Assembly (NCBI GenBank): GCA_017478105.1
Contig: JAFVEF010000047.1
Span: 27,204-91,203 of the forward strand
From: Bacilli bacterium
GTDB lineage: Bacteria > Bacillota_I > Bacilli_A > RF39 > UBA660
Direction: 5' to 3'
Length of the DNA: 64,000 nucleotides
Of the stretch, positions 1 through 9,287 are shown piece by piece. Each line of letters starts with the position of its first letter. Position 1 is the first letter of the stretch. The translations under genes and the position numbers were made by a program. The notes under the pieces were generated by a model. That model was not told where the DNA came from and did not search any database. It saw only the letters and a list, made by a program, of their open reading frames with translations.

Positions 1-1113
1 ATAACCTTTCATAATATTAACATGAGCCCCATGTTTATGTAAAAAATTATTAATCTTAGTTTCCTGATTAACAGATAAATAATCTCCCCCACTTATTATA
101 TATTTCAATTGACTCATATCAACATCATCAAACTTTTTATTACTCATCATTCCTTCCCATAAAGTAGGAACACCAAGTATAACATGTGGTTTATCATTCT
201 TCCAAATCTTATAAAATCTATTCGCATCATATTCAGGCATTAAAATAGTTTCTACTTTTAAACATAAAGGTGTATGAATACAAACCCCTAATCCAAATCC
301 ATGAAATATAGGAAGTATAGTAACAATCTTATCTTTAGGTCTAACATCAATAACATTAACAGCACTCTGTTGAGCTAAAGCATTAAAACTATAATTACTA
401 ATCATAATACCCTTAGGAGTACCAGTAGTACCACCACTATGTAATATTAGGGCAACATCATTCTTTTTCATATCACAAGAATAATCCTTAGTATAAGTAA
501 CTCCCTTTAACATAAAATCCTTATAACTCATATAATCCCTATCAAAAAAAGGTCTTTTAGTTTTAATACTTCTAGTTAAAGTATAACCAATACTTAATCC
601 TAAAGGCATACTTAATTTAGGAGATACTAATATAGTCTTATAAACTAATGTCTCAGAAATAACATCTTTAAATTTATCATAATTAAAATCAACTAAAAAT
701 AAAAATCTACTCTTATTCTCCCTTAAATAAAACTTAATCTGTTCAGGACTACTTAAAGGATGTACCATATCAGCAATAGCCCCTATTTTATTACAAGCAT
801 AAAAAGCATATAAAGCTTCAGGCATATTAGGTAAACATATAGTAACAACATCCCCCTCTTTAACACCAAAACTACGTAAAGCTCTACTACATACATTAAT
901 ATTATCAAAAAACTCATTATAACTAATTCTATTATTAAAATAATTTAATGCTATAAAATCTTTATCTTCCCCAACCTCTTCAAGTAGATAATTATAAATA
1001 GATTTATTAGTAAACTTTATTTTTCTCTCTTCTCTAGAATAATAATCCAACCATGGAGTATTATTATTTTTCTTTTTAAATAATTTAGTAAATAAATTCT
1101 TAAACAATCTCAT
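1..1113 (-). CDS. AMP-dependent synthetase/ligase (acyl-CoA ligase family), N-terminal part; gene runs off the window start
   Basis: Partial minus-strand ORF not in the supplied track, translated by hand from ATG 1113..1111 (GGAGGA 5-6 nt upstream). The product contains SGGTTGTPKG (AMP-binding P-loop) and IFHGFG motifs and is clearly paralogous to the 40766..42602 product. Confidence 0.75.
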   Translation of the reverse strand, partial: MRLFKNLFTKLFKKKNNNTPWLDYYSREERKIKFTNKSIYNYLLEEVGEDKDFIALNYFNNRISYNEFFDNINVCSRALRSFGVKEGDVVTICLPNMPEALYAFYACNKIGAIADMVHPLSSPEQIKFYLRENKSRFLFLVDFNYDKFKDVISETLVYKTILVSPKLSMPLGLSIGYTLTRSIKTKRPFFDRDYMSYKDFMLKGVTYTKDYSCDMKKNDVALILHSGGTTGTPKGIMISNYSFNALAQQSAVNVIDVRPKDKIVTILPIFHGFGLGVCIHTPLCLKVETILMPEYDANRFYKIWKNDKPHVILGVPTLWEGMMSNKKFDDVDMSQLKYIISGGDYLSVNQETKINNFLHKHGAHVNIMKGY

Positions 1114-1180
1114 ATTATCCTCCAATACCCTACTAATAATTCTACTATTATAAATGAAAAATAGCAAACAATATTAATAA

Positions 1181-1204
1181 AGAAAAATTGACTAAATTAG
1201 TCAA
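1181..1204 (-). terminator. intrinsic terminator after 1205..2809 gene
   Basis: Inverted repeat ttgactaa-att-tagtcaa directly 3' of the stop, followed by T-run on minus strand. Confidence 0.4.
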
Positions 1205-2809
1205 TTATTCAATAACAACTTCTACTACGTTGATAACATCACTATTCTTTTTATAACGAACAAGGATTGAATTACCATCACTAATAAATGGAAGTTTATT
1301 TTTATCTACTTTAATACTTACTCTATATTTATAACCTTCATCATCATTAAAATAATAATAAGTATTTCCATCAATTAATACTGTTTTCAAATTATTAACT
1401 CTAACAGCTTTTTCTATTAAATCAGTAACAACATCTTCTCCTACTTCGTTTAAATAATTTTCACTAGCTTTTTTAATACCTTCACTACTATCAGTAACAA
1501 CTACTTTTTGATAATCAACAACATCCACAAAAGCATACATCTTAACTAAACCAGCATCATCTTTTAAACTAACTAAATAAGTAGGTCTACCATTAAGATT
1601 TATAAGTAATGGGAAAGTAGAATTATATCTCATTTGTTGAACTTGTCCCTTAGCAGACTCCATCGCACTATATTCTTCAGCTCCTGCGACATTATAAAAT
1701 TTAGTCTCTTTAGTACGCATATTTGTAAGAATAAAACCAATATTAGACTCATCACTAATAACAGAAGTAATTCCGGTATATAAATAAATATCATTATCTT
1801 GAGCCAAATAATTATAACCACTTGTAGTTTCTACAACACCTTTTTGTGTAATAATAGAATTCAAGAAACCATTTTTATAACGACCCCAATCAGAAACTTG
1901 CTCTAAAACTAAATCAGCTTCATAAACATGATCAACCCAAGTTGGTACTTTATCAACTGGATAATACTTACTCTTACCATTAACAGGATTAAATATAACA
2001 ACACCTTGAATATCACGTCTTAAACCAACACCAACAAACTTAGTAACAGAAGCTATCCAATAAGGATTACCTTCATTATCAATTTCAAAATTTACACTAT
2101 CAAAATAAAATGTTGGATAAGAAAATTGTAATTTACGATATAAATTTTCATTAAAATATGCACTAGGAGCATACTTCATACCTTTATCTAATTTAATAAG
2201 TTTAGCACTTCCATTAGTAGAATTAACTGTAATATACCCCTTAATTCCTTTTCCTCTATTAGTAATCCATTTAACTAAACTACTATATTCCAAAGGAGTA
2301 ACACGAACAATCTCATTTAAATAATTAATTTGTGTATATTGATCACTAACATCAAATTGAGAAACTAACTCACTCATTTGACCCATAGTTCTATCACCAA
2401 TCTTTAGTGAAGAATCTCTATCAAGTAATGGTAATTTATTAAAATCAACTTCTTTAATCTCAGTAGAAAAATCACCATCTACAACATTAATTCTTTTATA
2501 ATATTGACGTGAATTAAACAAAGGTGACAATATAAAATTAATAATGATAATTCCAAGTAAAATAACTGGAATTAATACTAAAGAAAATACTCCTTTAATA
2601 CTAAGAGTTTCACCCTTCTTATTAAATAATTTACTTATTCCATTTCCAACACAAACAATAGAATATACCAAACTAAATACAAATATAATACTCATGACAA
2701 ACATCCAAAAACCAAAACTATGAATATTTAAACATGGATACATCAAGTAATAAACAACTAGAGAATATAAAACGGTAGTAATTAAACAAGTTAATAAACC
2801 TTTTTTCAT
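1205..2809 (-). CDS. integral membrane protein with four N-terminal TM helices and large extracytoplasmic domain, function unknown
   Basis: 535-aa ORF with a hydrophobic N-terminal ~100 aa followed by a long soluble domain. Start moved to the second in-frame ATG, which sits 9 nt after AGGAG. Confidence 0.5.
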   Translation of the reverse strand: MKKGLLTCLITTVLYSLVVYYLMYPCLNIHSFGFWMFVMSIIFVFSLVYSIVCVGNGISKLFNKKGETLSIKGVFSLVLIPVILLGIIIINFILSPLFNSRQYYKRINVVDGDFSTEIKEVDFNKLPLLDRDSSLKIGDRTMGQMSELVSQFDVSDQYTQINYLNEIVRVTPLEYSSLVKWITNRGKGIKGYITVNSTNGSAKLIKLDKGMKYAPSAYFNENLYRKLQFSYPTFYFDSVNFEIDNEGNPYWIASVTKFVGVGLRRDIQGVVIFNPVNGKSKYYPVDKVPTWVDHVYEADLVLEQVSDWGRYKNGFLNSIITQKGVVETTSGYNYLAQDNDIYLYTGITSVISDESNIGFILTNMRTKETKFYNVAGAEEYSAMESAKGQVQQMRYNSTFPLLINLNGRPTYLVSLKDDAGLVKMYAFVDVVDYQKVVVTDSSEGIKKASENYLNEVGEDVVTDLIEKAVRVNNLKTVLIDGNTYYYFNDDEGYKYRVSIKVDKNKLPFISDGNSILVRYKKNSDVINVVEVVIE

Positions 2810-2896
2810 AATAATCATCTCCTAAAATCATTATATCATTATAAAAGAAAAGAACATAGTCTTTTCTTTTATGTTTTATAAATTTAGAATAAATCT

Positions 2897-4342
2897 TTAT
2901 TTCTTTCCAAACAAATTATTTAATAAACCCTTAGTTCTAACTAAAGAATATAAGCCACAATTTGGTTCAATTAAACTAATACAAGTATTAAGAATATAAT
3001 TAGTCTCTCCTGGAACTAAAACATATTTACTTCTAGGATATCTATAATCAAAGAAAAATATAGGTATTTGCATCTCATAATCAATTGTAACTAATTCATT
3101 ATTATAATCAGCTAAAGGTAAAGTCTTCTTAAGTCCATATAAACTACTAATAATTAAAGAATATTTGTTTTGACACACACCACCAATATTTCCTAATACA
3201 ACATCTATATGACTTAACTGATTCTTTAAATCATTAATCGTTTTAGATACATCCATATGATAATCAAATATAATTAAATCATAACCACCATTTTCAATTA
3301 TATTAACTATATTATTCATATCTTCATAGAATCCATCAACTATTTTCATAAAACTAATATTTGGACTGTTTTTATAAACTAAACCATTCGCAAAAAAATT
3401 AACTAAACTAATATTTTCTTCTTTAGAAATAATTAAAGCTTTTTTATTATACTTACTAAGTAAATTAGCAAGAGAATAATCATAACCTATACTTTGACTA
3501 AAATAAGGAATATTTATCTTACTATCTAATTGTATTAATGAAAAAATAGGAATTACAGGATTATCTACTTTAAATACCTCTTTCCAATTATAATAAAATC
3601 CATCAATAAATTTATCATAAGAAGTTCTTTTAGTATTAAAAAACATAAATACATCATCTTTCGTAAAAAAGCACTCATTAGTAACACAGAATCCTTCAAC
3701 CATACTAGGCTTTACATTAGCATCTCTTAAAAAATTAAACTTCTTTTCAGTATCAGTCCATCTTTCACATGTACAATAAAAGAACATTTTCTTATTAAAA
3801 TCTAATTCTTTTCTATCAAGATTTTCACTGAAGTATTCCTTACCTATAATAAAACCAATTCTTACATTACTAAAAATATGATATTTAATATAATTAGTAA
3901 TCTTAATAATACTAGCATAATCACTTGTAGTTTGTTGAGTAAGAAGTAAATGTAAATATACTTTTTTATTACTTAAATCAAACTTTGATAAAAATTCATT
4001 TACCTCTTCAATTATCCCTTCAGAAGTAGGTTCAATAAAAATATGAAATTTACCATCATTACTTTTTAATAAATTAGAAATAGAATGATAACAAGGATTA
4101 TTAACAATACTATCATTAACTATATTATTTTTAATATAATCAAATTCTATATTATTAGTATCCCCTAAAAAGAATCTTTGATAAGCTTCACGATACTCTA
4201 ATGATGAAGTAACTGCAGTAGTAAAAAAACTAGTTTCCTTTATTCTTGAGAGTCTTGGCATACATTGATCGATAGAAATACTATAACTACCTCTTTTTTC
4301 AATACCTAAACCATTTATTAAAAACAAGATACACTTATTCAT
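2897..4342 (-). CDS. alkaline-phosphatase/metalloenzyme-superfamily-like protein (weak resemblance to cofactor-independent phosphoglycerate/phosphopentomutases), likely divergent
   Basis: N-terminal ILFLINGLG... and C-terminal DLIIFDYHMD...GNIGGV resemble metalloenzyme-domain mutases, but the GNSEVGH catalytic-Ser motif is absent. Confidence 0.3.
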   Translation of the reverse strand: MNKCILFLINGLGIEKRGSYSISIDQCMPRLSRIKETSFFTTAVTSSLEYREAYQRFFLGDTNNIEFDYIKNNIVNDSIVNNPCYHSISNLLKSNDGKFHIFIEPTSEGIIEEVNEFLSKFDLSNKKVYLHLLLTQQTTSDYASIIKITNYIKYHIFSNVRIGFIIGKEYFSENLDRKELDFNKKMFFYCTCERWTDTEKKFNFLRDANVKPSMVEGFCVTNECFFTKDDVFMFFNTKRTSYDKFIDGFYYNWKEVFKVDNPVIPIFSLIQLDSKINIPYFSQSIGYDYSLANLLSKYNKKALIISKEENISLVNFFANGLVYKNSPNISFMKIVDGFYEDMNNIVNIIENGGYDLIIFDYHMDVSKTINDLKNQLSHIDVVLGNIGGVCQNKYSLIISSLYGLKKTLPLADYNNELVTIDYEMQIPIFFFDYRYPRSKYVLVPGETNYILNTCISLIEPNCGLYSLVRTKGLLNNLFGKK

Positions 4343-4383
4343 ACTATCACCAATTATAGTTTACAACAAATTCAAATTCTTAT

Positions 4384-4418
4384 AAATAAAAAAACGTAAA
4401 AAATAATAATTTTACGTT
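4384..4418 (-). terminator. intrinsic terminator after map
   Basis: aacgtaaaa/ttttacgtt 9-bp stem overlapping the stop, with T-run on minus strand. Confidence 0.55.
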
Positions 4419-5172
4419 AATCTAATCTAGGAGTTAATACTTCATAACCATCTTCAGTAACTAAAACAGTATGTTCATAATGAGCAGCTGGGCTATCATC
4501 TTGAGTAACTACTGTCCATTCATCATCAAGTAAATATACATCTCTTTTTCCAAAAGTAAGCATAGGTTCAATACATATTACCATTCCAGGTTTTAATCTA
4601 GGACCAGTATTTGGAATACCAAAGTTAGGTACTTCTGGATCTTCATGCATTTCTTTCCCAATACCATGCCCACATAATTCACGAACAACACCTAAATTAT
4701 GTTCTTCAGCATATGTTTGTACAGCATTTGATATATCACCTATTCTATTACCAGGTTTAACCATCTTTAACCCTTCTAATAATGCTTTTTCAGTATGTTC
4801 CATCAAATATTTCTTATCAGAATCAACTTCACCTACAGCATATGTCCAAGCCGCATCTCCTTGATAACCTTTATATCCAATAACCACATCAATAGTTATA
4901 ATATCTCCGTCTTTTAAAATATCTTCTTTATGAGGAATACCATGTACTACTACACTATTAATACTAGTACATAACGCATTTGGATATCCTTCAAATCCCT
5001 TACAAGTAGGAACCGCATCATTATCTAAAATAAACTTCTCACAAAGTTGATCTAGTTCATAAGTAGAAATACCTGCTTTAATATAAGGTTTAATAAATTG
5101 ATGCATCTTAGATACTAACATACCAGCATGCCTCATTAATTCAATTTCACGTTCACTTTTTATAGTAATCAT
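4417..5172 (-). CDS. map: methionine aminopeptidase type I
   Basis: Full-length MetAP-I with metal-ligand context (D..D..H..E..E pattern, HGIGKEMHEDP). Start placed at MITIK, 5 nt after GGAGG. Confidence 0.9.
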   Translation of the reverse strand: MITIKSEREIELMRHAGMLVSKMHQFIKPYIKAGISTYELDQLCEKFILDNDAVPTCKGFEGYPNALCTSINSVVVHGIPHKEDILKDGDIITIDVVIGYKGYQGDAAWTYAVGEVDSDKKYLMEHTEKALLEGLKMVKPGNRIGDISNAVQTYAEEHNLGVVRELCGHGIGKEMHEDPEVPNFGIPNTGPRLKPGMVICIEPMLTFGKRDVYLLDDEWTVVTQDDSPAAHYEHTVLVTEDGYEVLTPRLD

Positions 5173-5236
5173 ATTAACCTCCAAAACAACACACTAATTA
5201 TAATATAAAATCTAAAAAAAAGAAAGAGAAACATCT

Positions 5237-6784
5237 CTAACTTCCCTTAACAACAAATACTAATCCAGCTGGCTTATCACTACTAGCATTTAATCTATCA
5301 CAATCAGCTTGAGTTTTTCCATAACCAGTCGTAGCAGCCGCTCCTGAAAACATCCATTTAGTATCAGTTACATTACTAGTATCAAAGCTAGAAAGATCTA
5401 ATGTAGGAATTTTAGTACTATAAAACATTGAATTCATTCTAGTCACATTTCTTGTATCAAAACTACTAACATCTAATGATGAAGCATTACAAAAAGCAAA
5501 CATAAAACTCATATCAGTTACATTACTAGTATCAAAACCAGTTAAATTAATTGTTGTAGCCATACTCCAATAAAACATATCACTCATATTAGTAACCTTA
5601 TTTGTATTAAAACCACTTAAATCTAATGATTGCATCATACTTTCAGCAAACATAGCATCCATATTAGTTACATTGCTCGTGTCAAAACTACTCAAATCCA
5701 AAGAAGTTAATAAACTGCCCTCAAACATATATGACATATCTTCAACATTACTTGTATCAAAATTATCCAAATTTAAACTTGTTAATTTATTATAGTAAAA
5801 CATACCAGACATATTAGTAACATTAGATGTTTCAAAATTACTTAAATCTAAAGTTGTTATTTCAGCTTCATCAAACATCCAACTCATATTGATTACATTG
5901 CTTGTATCAAAACTACTTAAATCAATTGATGTAGCTTTACTTTCATAAAAAGTTCCACTCATAGATACAATTGGTTTATTATTAATTGATGAACATAGAA
6001 CACTATTTACAGAATCAGTTGCATCTTTATCAGTTAATATAACTCCCCAACCCAAATCACTTATATCAACAGTAACTCCACGATTACTCCATTCTTTCAT
6101 ATATACATAAGTATACTGTCCATTTACATACTCTGCACCAGGTACTAGTTCACCATTGAAGGTACATGGATTATCTCCTACATAATCATACATTATTGGT
6201 ACATTATCCCATACTTCTTTATACTTATTAGCTTGTACTGATTCTATTGTAATATCTAATTCATAGGTTGCTCCATCATAACCATCTCCAGTAGATTCAC
6301 ATGAATAAACATTATTATTAGTTGTACATGTAATATCTCCTTCAACATTTGAATTATAAGTGACACTTTTAATTAAAGAAGAAGTCTCATCTCCTGGAGC
6401 TAATTCCTCCAAATAGTAATAATAATCATCTTTTTTTAACCAATCACTTTCATTATCAAAATTAATAATTGCCACTTTCTCATTATTATATTCCAAAGCA
6501 AGTGGATTATTATTTTTACTAGTCCAAGACTCATCAAGTTTTACTCTAACCCTAACAGGAATAGTTCCCTCATTCTTAGTAACAATTCTTTTCTCTGTTT
6601 CTTCTCCTGGAAGCCAATTAGTTGGTGAAGTAAAAGTCTCCCTAGTAACAGTTTTATAAGTACCACTTAAAAATAAGTTTTCAAATACTTCATTATTAGA
6701 AAAATAAGCAAATACTCCAGATATTATAAATACAAGAGCTAAACAAAATAAAAATAAAATACTTTTCTTATTTTTAATTTTCAT
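5237..6784 (-). CDS. secreted surface protein: SipW-cognate-type signal peptide + camelysin/TasA-like N-domain fused to DUF285 (BspA-like 26-residue) repeats
   Basis: N-terminal KKS-hydrophobic-FAYFSNNEVFENLF...GTY matches the camelysin/TasA leader (GTFAFFSDKEVS.N.F..GTLDL). Mid region has NW.PGE and NEGTIPVRVRV beta-sandwich motifs. C-terminal half has about 9 repeats of DLSxFDTSNVTNMSxMF. Start at ATG preceded by TAGGTGAGTAGG. Confidence 0.7.
   Translation of the reverse strand: MKIKNKKSILFLFCLALVFIISGVFAYFSNNEVFENLFLSGTYKTVTRETFTSPTNWLPGEETEKRIVTKNEGTIPVRVRVKLDESWTSKNNNPLALEYNNEKVAIINFDNESDWLKKDDYYYYLEELAPGDETSSLIKSVTYNSNVEGDITCTTNNNVYSCESTGDGYDGATYELDITIESVQANKYKEVWDNVPIMYDYVGDNPCTFNGELVPGAEYVNGQYTYVYMKEWSNRGVTVDISDLGWGVILTDKDATDSVNSVLCSSINNKPIVSMSGTFYESKATSIDLSSFDTSNVINMSWMFDEAEITTLDLSNFETSNVTNMSGMFYYNKLTSLNLDNFDTSNVEDMSYMFEGSLLTSLDLSSFDTSNVTNMDAMFAESMMQSLDLSGFNTNKVTNMSDMFYWSMATTINLTGFDTSNVTDMSFMFAFCNASSLDVSSFDTRNVTRMNSMFYSTKIPTLDLSSFDTSNVTDTKWMFSGAAATTGYGKTQADCDRLNASSDKPAGLVFVVKGS
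5281..5935 (-). repeat. tandem ~78-bp (26-codon) DUF285 repeat array inside CDS
   Basis: Reiterated DLSSFDTSNVTNM...MF units are visible in the translation, with matching reiterated ttgtatcaaaa(ct)ta... DNA motifs. Confidence 0.7.
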
Positions 6785-6813
6785 CCTACTCACCTACTAT
6801 AAAAAATATACCA

Positions 6814-6848
6814 CAAAAAATAAAAAAAACAAAGAATAATCTTTGTTT
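6814..6848 (-). terminator. intrinsic terminator after small ORF/recD2 transcription unit
   Basis: aaacaaag-aataat-ctttgttt hairpin overlapping the stop, followed by a long T-run on minus strand. Confidence 0.55.
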
Positions 6849-7011
6849 AAAAATCAGTATTATCTAATTTATTATACATTGACTTATTAGCTTCCATAGC
6901 CATATCCTTCATCATACACATAACATTAGGATGCTTCTTTAAATACATAAAACCAAATACACCCATTCCACCTAACATAGAAGCTAATAATAAACTATTC
7001 ATTTTTTTCAA
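6847..7011 (-). CDS. small hydrophobic Met-rich peptide (~54 aa), hypothetical
   Basis: Hand-translated: (M)KKMNSLLLASMLGGMGVFGFMYLKKHPNVMCMMKDMAMEANKSMYNKLDNTDF. TTG start lies 5 nt after GGTGA and the terminator follows immediately. Below the length cutoff of the supplied track. Confidence 0.3.
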   Translation of the reverse strand: MKKMNSLLLASMLGGMGVFGFMYLKKHPNVMCMMKDMAMEANKSMYNKLDNTDF

Positions 7012-7047
7012 ATAATTCACCTCTAAAAGTAGTATGAACTAATAATC

Positions 7048-9228
7048 TCAATCTATACCATTAATAAAATATTCTTTTATAGTAGTTCTTCTAGTATCCT
7101 CAATATCATTATATGCAGCCATTTTTAAAGCTTCAAAGTCACCAACTAAATATAATTTTTCCCTACATCTAGTAACTGCAGTATAAATAAGTTTTTGATA
7201 TAACATCTTCTTATAAGCTTTAACTAAAGGAATAACTACTACATCAAACTCAGACCCTTGAGATTTATGAATACTAATGGAATAAGCTAATTTAAAATTA
7301 TGAAAACTACTAGGAGTATACTTAACAATATTTCCATTAAAATCAATCATAATTTCTTTTTTATTCCCCGTAACAACTCTATCAATTATCCCAATATCTC
7401 CATTATAAACATTATCATCAGGCATATTAGAAAGTTGTATTACTTTATCATTATCTCTAAAAGAAAAATCTCCTATTTTTATTTCTCTTAATAAACCAGT
7501 TTTTGGATTATATATATTTTGTATAACTTTATTAATCGCATCAATTCCATTAATTCCTTTATACATAGGCGCAAGTATTTGAAAATCATTATAATTATAA
7601 TCTTTATAAGTAGTACTTATTTCACATATATTATTTAATACTTCACTATCATTACATTCTATAAAAGTTAAATCACTATTTTTATTAAAAATATCTTTAG
7701 AAATACACTTATTTCTAATATCATAAGCTAAACTAATAATATTAGAATCTTCTCCTTGTCTATATAACTCTTTTAAAAATACAACCTCAAGCATCCCACA
7801 ATCAATTAAATCATGTAAAACATCTCCTGCTCCAACAGAAGGTAATTGATGATCATCACCTACTAAAACAATACGACAATTACTAGAAATACCTTTTAAT
7901 AAACTAGCCATTAAATAAGTATCTACCATACTAGCTTCATCTAAAATAATAAGTTCAACTTTACTTTTATGATACTCATTAACCATAAAAGTATTACTCT
8001 CTTTATTCCATTTTAAAAATCTATGAATAGTACTTGCTCTCATACCAGTAGCTTCACTCATTCTTTTACTAGCTCTTCCTGTAGGAGCAAGTAATGCTAT
8101 CTTTTCATCTAACTTTTCATAACTTATTTTCTCCATTATTCTAAATAACTCTACAATACCCCTCATAATTGTCGTTTTACCAGTACCAGGACCACCAGTT
8201 ATAATTAAAAAATCTCGTAAATAACTTTTCTTTATAGCTTCCTTTTGTAAATCATTATACTTAATTTCAAAAAAAGATTCTAATTCACTTATCTTATCAT
8301 CAATATTCTTACAAACTTTCTCTTTATTATTATTTAACATTCTAATTCTTTTAACAATAAAACACTCACTATCATACATATCTTTTAAATAATATCTATC
8401 ATTCTTAATAACAATTTTTAAATCTTTTTCTAAATTAGAAAATATATCATCCCTACTTATAGAACAACCAAGTACTTTTGGAAGTAAAAACAATATCTCT
8501 TCACGACTATAATAACAATGTCCAAAAGTATTACTAATTTCCCTCATAATATAAATAATAGAGGCATCTACTCTTCTAGGATCATCTTTCACATAACCAT
8601 TTTTTAAAGCAATTGTATCTATCTTTTTATAATTCATATCAACAATATCATCTATTAAAGAATAAATATTATTTAAAACAACATCTTTAGTTTTACTTTT
8701 ATAAGTATTATAAATAATCATAGAATCTCTAGTAGAAAAACCATATTCACTTAAAAACATAATTATTTCATAACTACTTTCATATTCTAATAATTTATTA
8801 TGTAATATATCTATATCTTTCTTAGTAATTTTAGGAATTAATATTAAATTACTAGGATTCTCTAGTATTATTTTCAATGTATCTTTACCAAGTACATCTA
8901 CAATACTTTTAGCCTTACGTTCTCCAATTCCTTTAAACAAACCACTACTTAAAAACTCTACAATAGAATCTTTTTCTTCTGGTACAACTCTTTCAAAACT
9001 ATCTACTTGAAATTGTTCTCCATATTTCTGATGATTAATAAGCTTACCATTAAAAATATAATTATCAAAAGTATTAAGTTCGTGAAAATAACCAGTAAAA
9101 GTAATTGTTCTACCAATATAATCAGAAAGATTCTCACAATTTGTATCACTAACTTTAAATAATCCAATATAATAACCTTTAGATTCATAAATACTACGTA
9201 TATAATTACCTTTAATATAATCTGCCAT
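7048..9228 (-). CDS. recD2: ATP-dependent RecD2-type SF1B DNA helicase
   Basis: N-terminal HhH/RecD2-like region, Walker A GGPGTGKTT, Walker B ILDEASMVD, VGDDHQLPSVGAG, and C-terminal SH3-like region; 726 aa. Confidence 0.88.
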   Translation of the reverse strand: MADYIKGNYIRSIYESKGYYIGLFKVSDTNCENLSDYIGRTITFTGYFHELNTFDNYIFNGKLINHQKYGEQFQVDSFERVVPEEKDSIVEFLSSGLFKGIGERKAKSIVDVLGKDTLKIILENPSNLILIPKITKKDIDILHNKLLEYESSYEIIMFLSEYGFSTRDSMIIYNTYKSKTKDVVLNNIYSLIDDIVDMNYKKIDTIALKNGYVKDDPRRVDASIIYIMREISNTFGHCYYSREEILFLLPKVLGCSISRDDIFSNLEKDLKIVIKNDRYYLKDMYDSECFIVKRIRMLNNNKEKVCKNIDDKISELESFFEIKYNDLQKEAIKKSYLRDFLIITGGPGTGKTTIMRGIVELFRIMEKISYEKLDEKIALLAPTGRASKRMSEATGMRASTIHRFLKWNKESNTFMVNEYHKSKVELIILDEASMVDTYLMASLLKGISSNCRIVLVGDDHQLPSVGAGDVLHDLIDCGMLEVVFLKELYRQGEDSNIISLAYDIRNKCISKDIFNKNSDLTFIECNDSEVLNNICEISTTYKDYNYNDFQILAPMYKGINGIDAINKVIQNIYNPKTGLLREIKIGDFSFRDNDKVIQLSNMPDDNVYNGDIGIIDRVVTGNKKEIMIDFNGNIVKYTPSSFHNFKLAYSISIHKSQGSEFDVVVIPLVKAYKKMLYQKLIYTAVTRCREKLYLVGDFEALKMAAYNDIEDTRRTTIKEYFINGID

Positions 9229-9254
9229 TTAATCACCACCTAACTTTTATTATA

Positions 9255-9287
9255 ACAAAAAAATTAGAATTAATTTTCTAATTTTTT
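9255..9287 (-). terminator. intrinsic terminator after 9270..11054 gene
   Basis: aaattagaa/ttctaattt stem spanning the stop codon, then T-run on minus strand. Confidence 0.45.

Noticed and set aside
2897-4342. Annotating the 481-aa protein as cofactor-independent phosphoglycerate mutase
   Set aside because: Only the metalloenzyme-domain N- and C-terminal flavours are present. The catalytic GNSEVGH Ser motif and the central phosphatase-domain signatures are not found.
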